64,000 nucleotides of DNA from Octopus bimaculoides (Eukaryota): positions 47,300,714 through 47,364,713 of the forward strand of contig NC_068991.1 of NCBI RefSeq assembly GCF_001194135.2, read 5' to 3'. Below are positions 62,090 to 64,000 of this stretch, piece after piece (within the stretch, counting starts at the first letter, position 1; each line of letters starts with the position of its first letter). The position numbers were made by a program, and so were the translations under genes. The notes beneath the pieces are model-generated. The model saw only the letters and a program-made list of their open reading frames with translations, had not been told where the DNA came from and searched no databases.

Positions 62090-62310
62090 ACATTGCTCCA
62101 GTCCACTCAGCTGGCAAAAATGAGTAGTACTTGTATTTCAAAAGGACCAGCCTTGTCACATTCTGCATCATGCTGAATCTCCCTGAGATCTACGTTAAGA
62201 GTACACATGTCTGTAGAGTGCTCAGCTACTTGCACATTAATTTCATGAGCAGGCTGTTCCGTTGGTCGGATCAACAGGAACACTCGTCATCATAACCAAC
62301 AGAGTGTCAG
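62090..62310 (+). mobile_element. 3' part of the SINE family seen intact at 10452-10831
   Basis: ccagccttgtcacattctg...tacgttaagagtacacatgtctgtagagtgctcagctacttgcacattaatttcatgagcaggctgttccgttggtcggatcaac. Confidence 0.8.
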
Positions 62311-62559
62311 TTAATTTACATTGGGTACACAATATAAAATTCCCACCTAGTTCTTTTCTGTATATTAAACATGGCTTCTTTATAGATAAGAGTGTTCTGC
62401 ACTCTCCCTTTGCTAACCAAAATCTTTGTCATTGATAGGTTCACATTTAGACATCTTCATTCTAAGTTCTGCTTCTATATGTTATACACCCATAATTTAC
62501 ATTGGGTACACAATATAGGATACCTATACATTCCTTTTCATGCCATGTAAAAAGCACTG

Positions 62560-62770
62560 ATATGGGTACTGGTGTCATATAAAAATACACTGATGCTGGT
62601 GTCAAGTAAAAACACTCAGTACACTCTGTGGAGTGGTTGGCATAAGGAAGGGCATCTAGCCATAGAAACCAAGCCAAAACAGACTATGGAACTTGTCAAG
62701 CTTTCCAACCCATGTCAGCATGGAAAATGAACATTAAATATTGATGATGATGATGATGATGATGATGAAC
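62560..62770 (+). mobile_element. RTE-tail retroposon with (GAT)n tail, between two short antisense RTE RT fragments (62400-62480, 62770-62900)
   Basis: gtggttggcataaggaagggcatctagccatagaaacc...gcatggaaaatgaacattaaatattgatgatgat; flanks read LNVNLSMTKILVS and LKVNLAKTKVLV on minus. Confidence 0.7.
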
Positions 62771-64000
62771 ATGTTACTTCAAAGATGGCAGAGTTCCATA
62801 TTCTCTCTTGCAAACCAAAACCTTTGTCTTTGCTAAATTTACTTTTAGGCTTTTCAATCTTAAGTCCTGTTCTTCCATTCTGGACTTCTCTAATTCTTCA
62901 ACTAATGTGAACTAAGTCGTCAGCAAACAAACATACCAACAAACAAATGGTTTTCAACCCCTTTGTTATGATCTAGAGAAATATAATTAACAGGTGGGGG
63001 ATGAGCACCAAGCTCTAATGAACACCTAATTATAGGAATCAAATAAATTCCTTCCTGAACTCATTACCAACTTCCGCCTTGCTGATAGTTCATGCTGTAC
63101 CTAGCTGACACAGCTCTTAAAAGCTATTCATCTATATCAAATTTTCTCAGCAACCACTAGAATAGAGTGCAAGGTATCTTGTCAAAGGCATTCTCCAGAT
63201 TTAGTTAATAATGGCTTGCTCTTAGCTTAAAAACATCTACAGTTGTCTCACTAAGAATAGAGTACTTGTTTCCTGCCTTGATATAGCTCCTAGATGTAAT
63301 AACCGATACGTTTTTCACGAACTTACTGGTTTGACTTCAAATCCTGCCTAAATCAATTTAGTTTTACATCCATCCAAAATCAATAAAATCAACTATGAGT
63401 TACATGAATAAGTGCTATATTGGGTCTATGAGTCTTCATGAAGCCATTAACGATTAACTTTATCCCTTAGTCTAGCATTCATGACCAAAGCCAGCAAATA
63501 ACAAAAGCAACAAGTGAATATATCTGATATTCCAACTGAAAACAAGTAACTTGTATACAAGAAATATTAAAACTATTTTAGAATATGTCAGTGCATTGCA
63601 TGGGCACAGTTGACTGACTCAAAGCAGTAAACAACTGATTGCATCAGTAATAATTTTGTTTTTAATTCAGAACAAACCAATCTCATTTCTTCAGTAGAAA
63701 GGTATCAGCTGAGATATGTATACATGGACAAACACATTAATATACCTATTATATGCATAATGAATAAAACAAACATGAAAATGAAGATTATTATGATAAA
63801 CATTGACTAATTCTGAAAGACATGCTTTCAAGTGAGATAACCATCCAATCATAAAACCTATGCACCAATTATATATGCACTAATGGGTATTGAGTGTTAT
63901 CTTAATGAGTAATTCCGTTCCTACTTTGGATAGTAACTGACCAACCATTTGAGGGTAAACACACAAGATTAGCACACCAGCCATGCTAGTCTGATTAAAG

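Overview
AT-rich, repeat-dense eukaryotic genomic DNA. The retroposon families ((GAT)n-tailed RTE-related elements, tRNA-derived SINEs) and the TA/CA/GA microsatellite load look like Octopus; this is inferred from recalled repeat families, not a database search. The window holds the 5' part of one minus-strand gene, a Ral GTPase-activating protein alpha subunit (RALGAPA1/2 orthologue). I reconstructed 11 consecutive coding exons (probably exons 2-12) between 29156 and 5905: 1287 nt, phase-consistent at every junction if the exon at 12614-12685 uses a GC donor. The first coding exon was not found in the 35 kb upstream, and the gene continues beyond position 1. The rest is intronic: decayed RTE and Jockey/I-like LINEs, Tc1, mariner, maT and pogo/Tigger relics, hAT- and piggyBac-type MITEs with intact TSDs, many SINEs, minisatellites and five N gaps. 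Best second-look items: an overlapping GC/GT splice donor facing a NAGNAG acceptor; two near-perfect intronic palindromes (273 and 212 bp) and a 312-bp foldback that should form long dsRNA in the pre-mRNA (candidate ADAR substrates); a UC-tract-flanked exon with a weak donor; and a retroposon-born 24-bp minisatellite carrying TACGTG motifs. No CRISPR array, rRNA or true tRNA gene is supported, and I see no convincing evidence of a wholly new multi-gene system.
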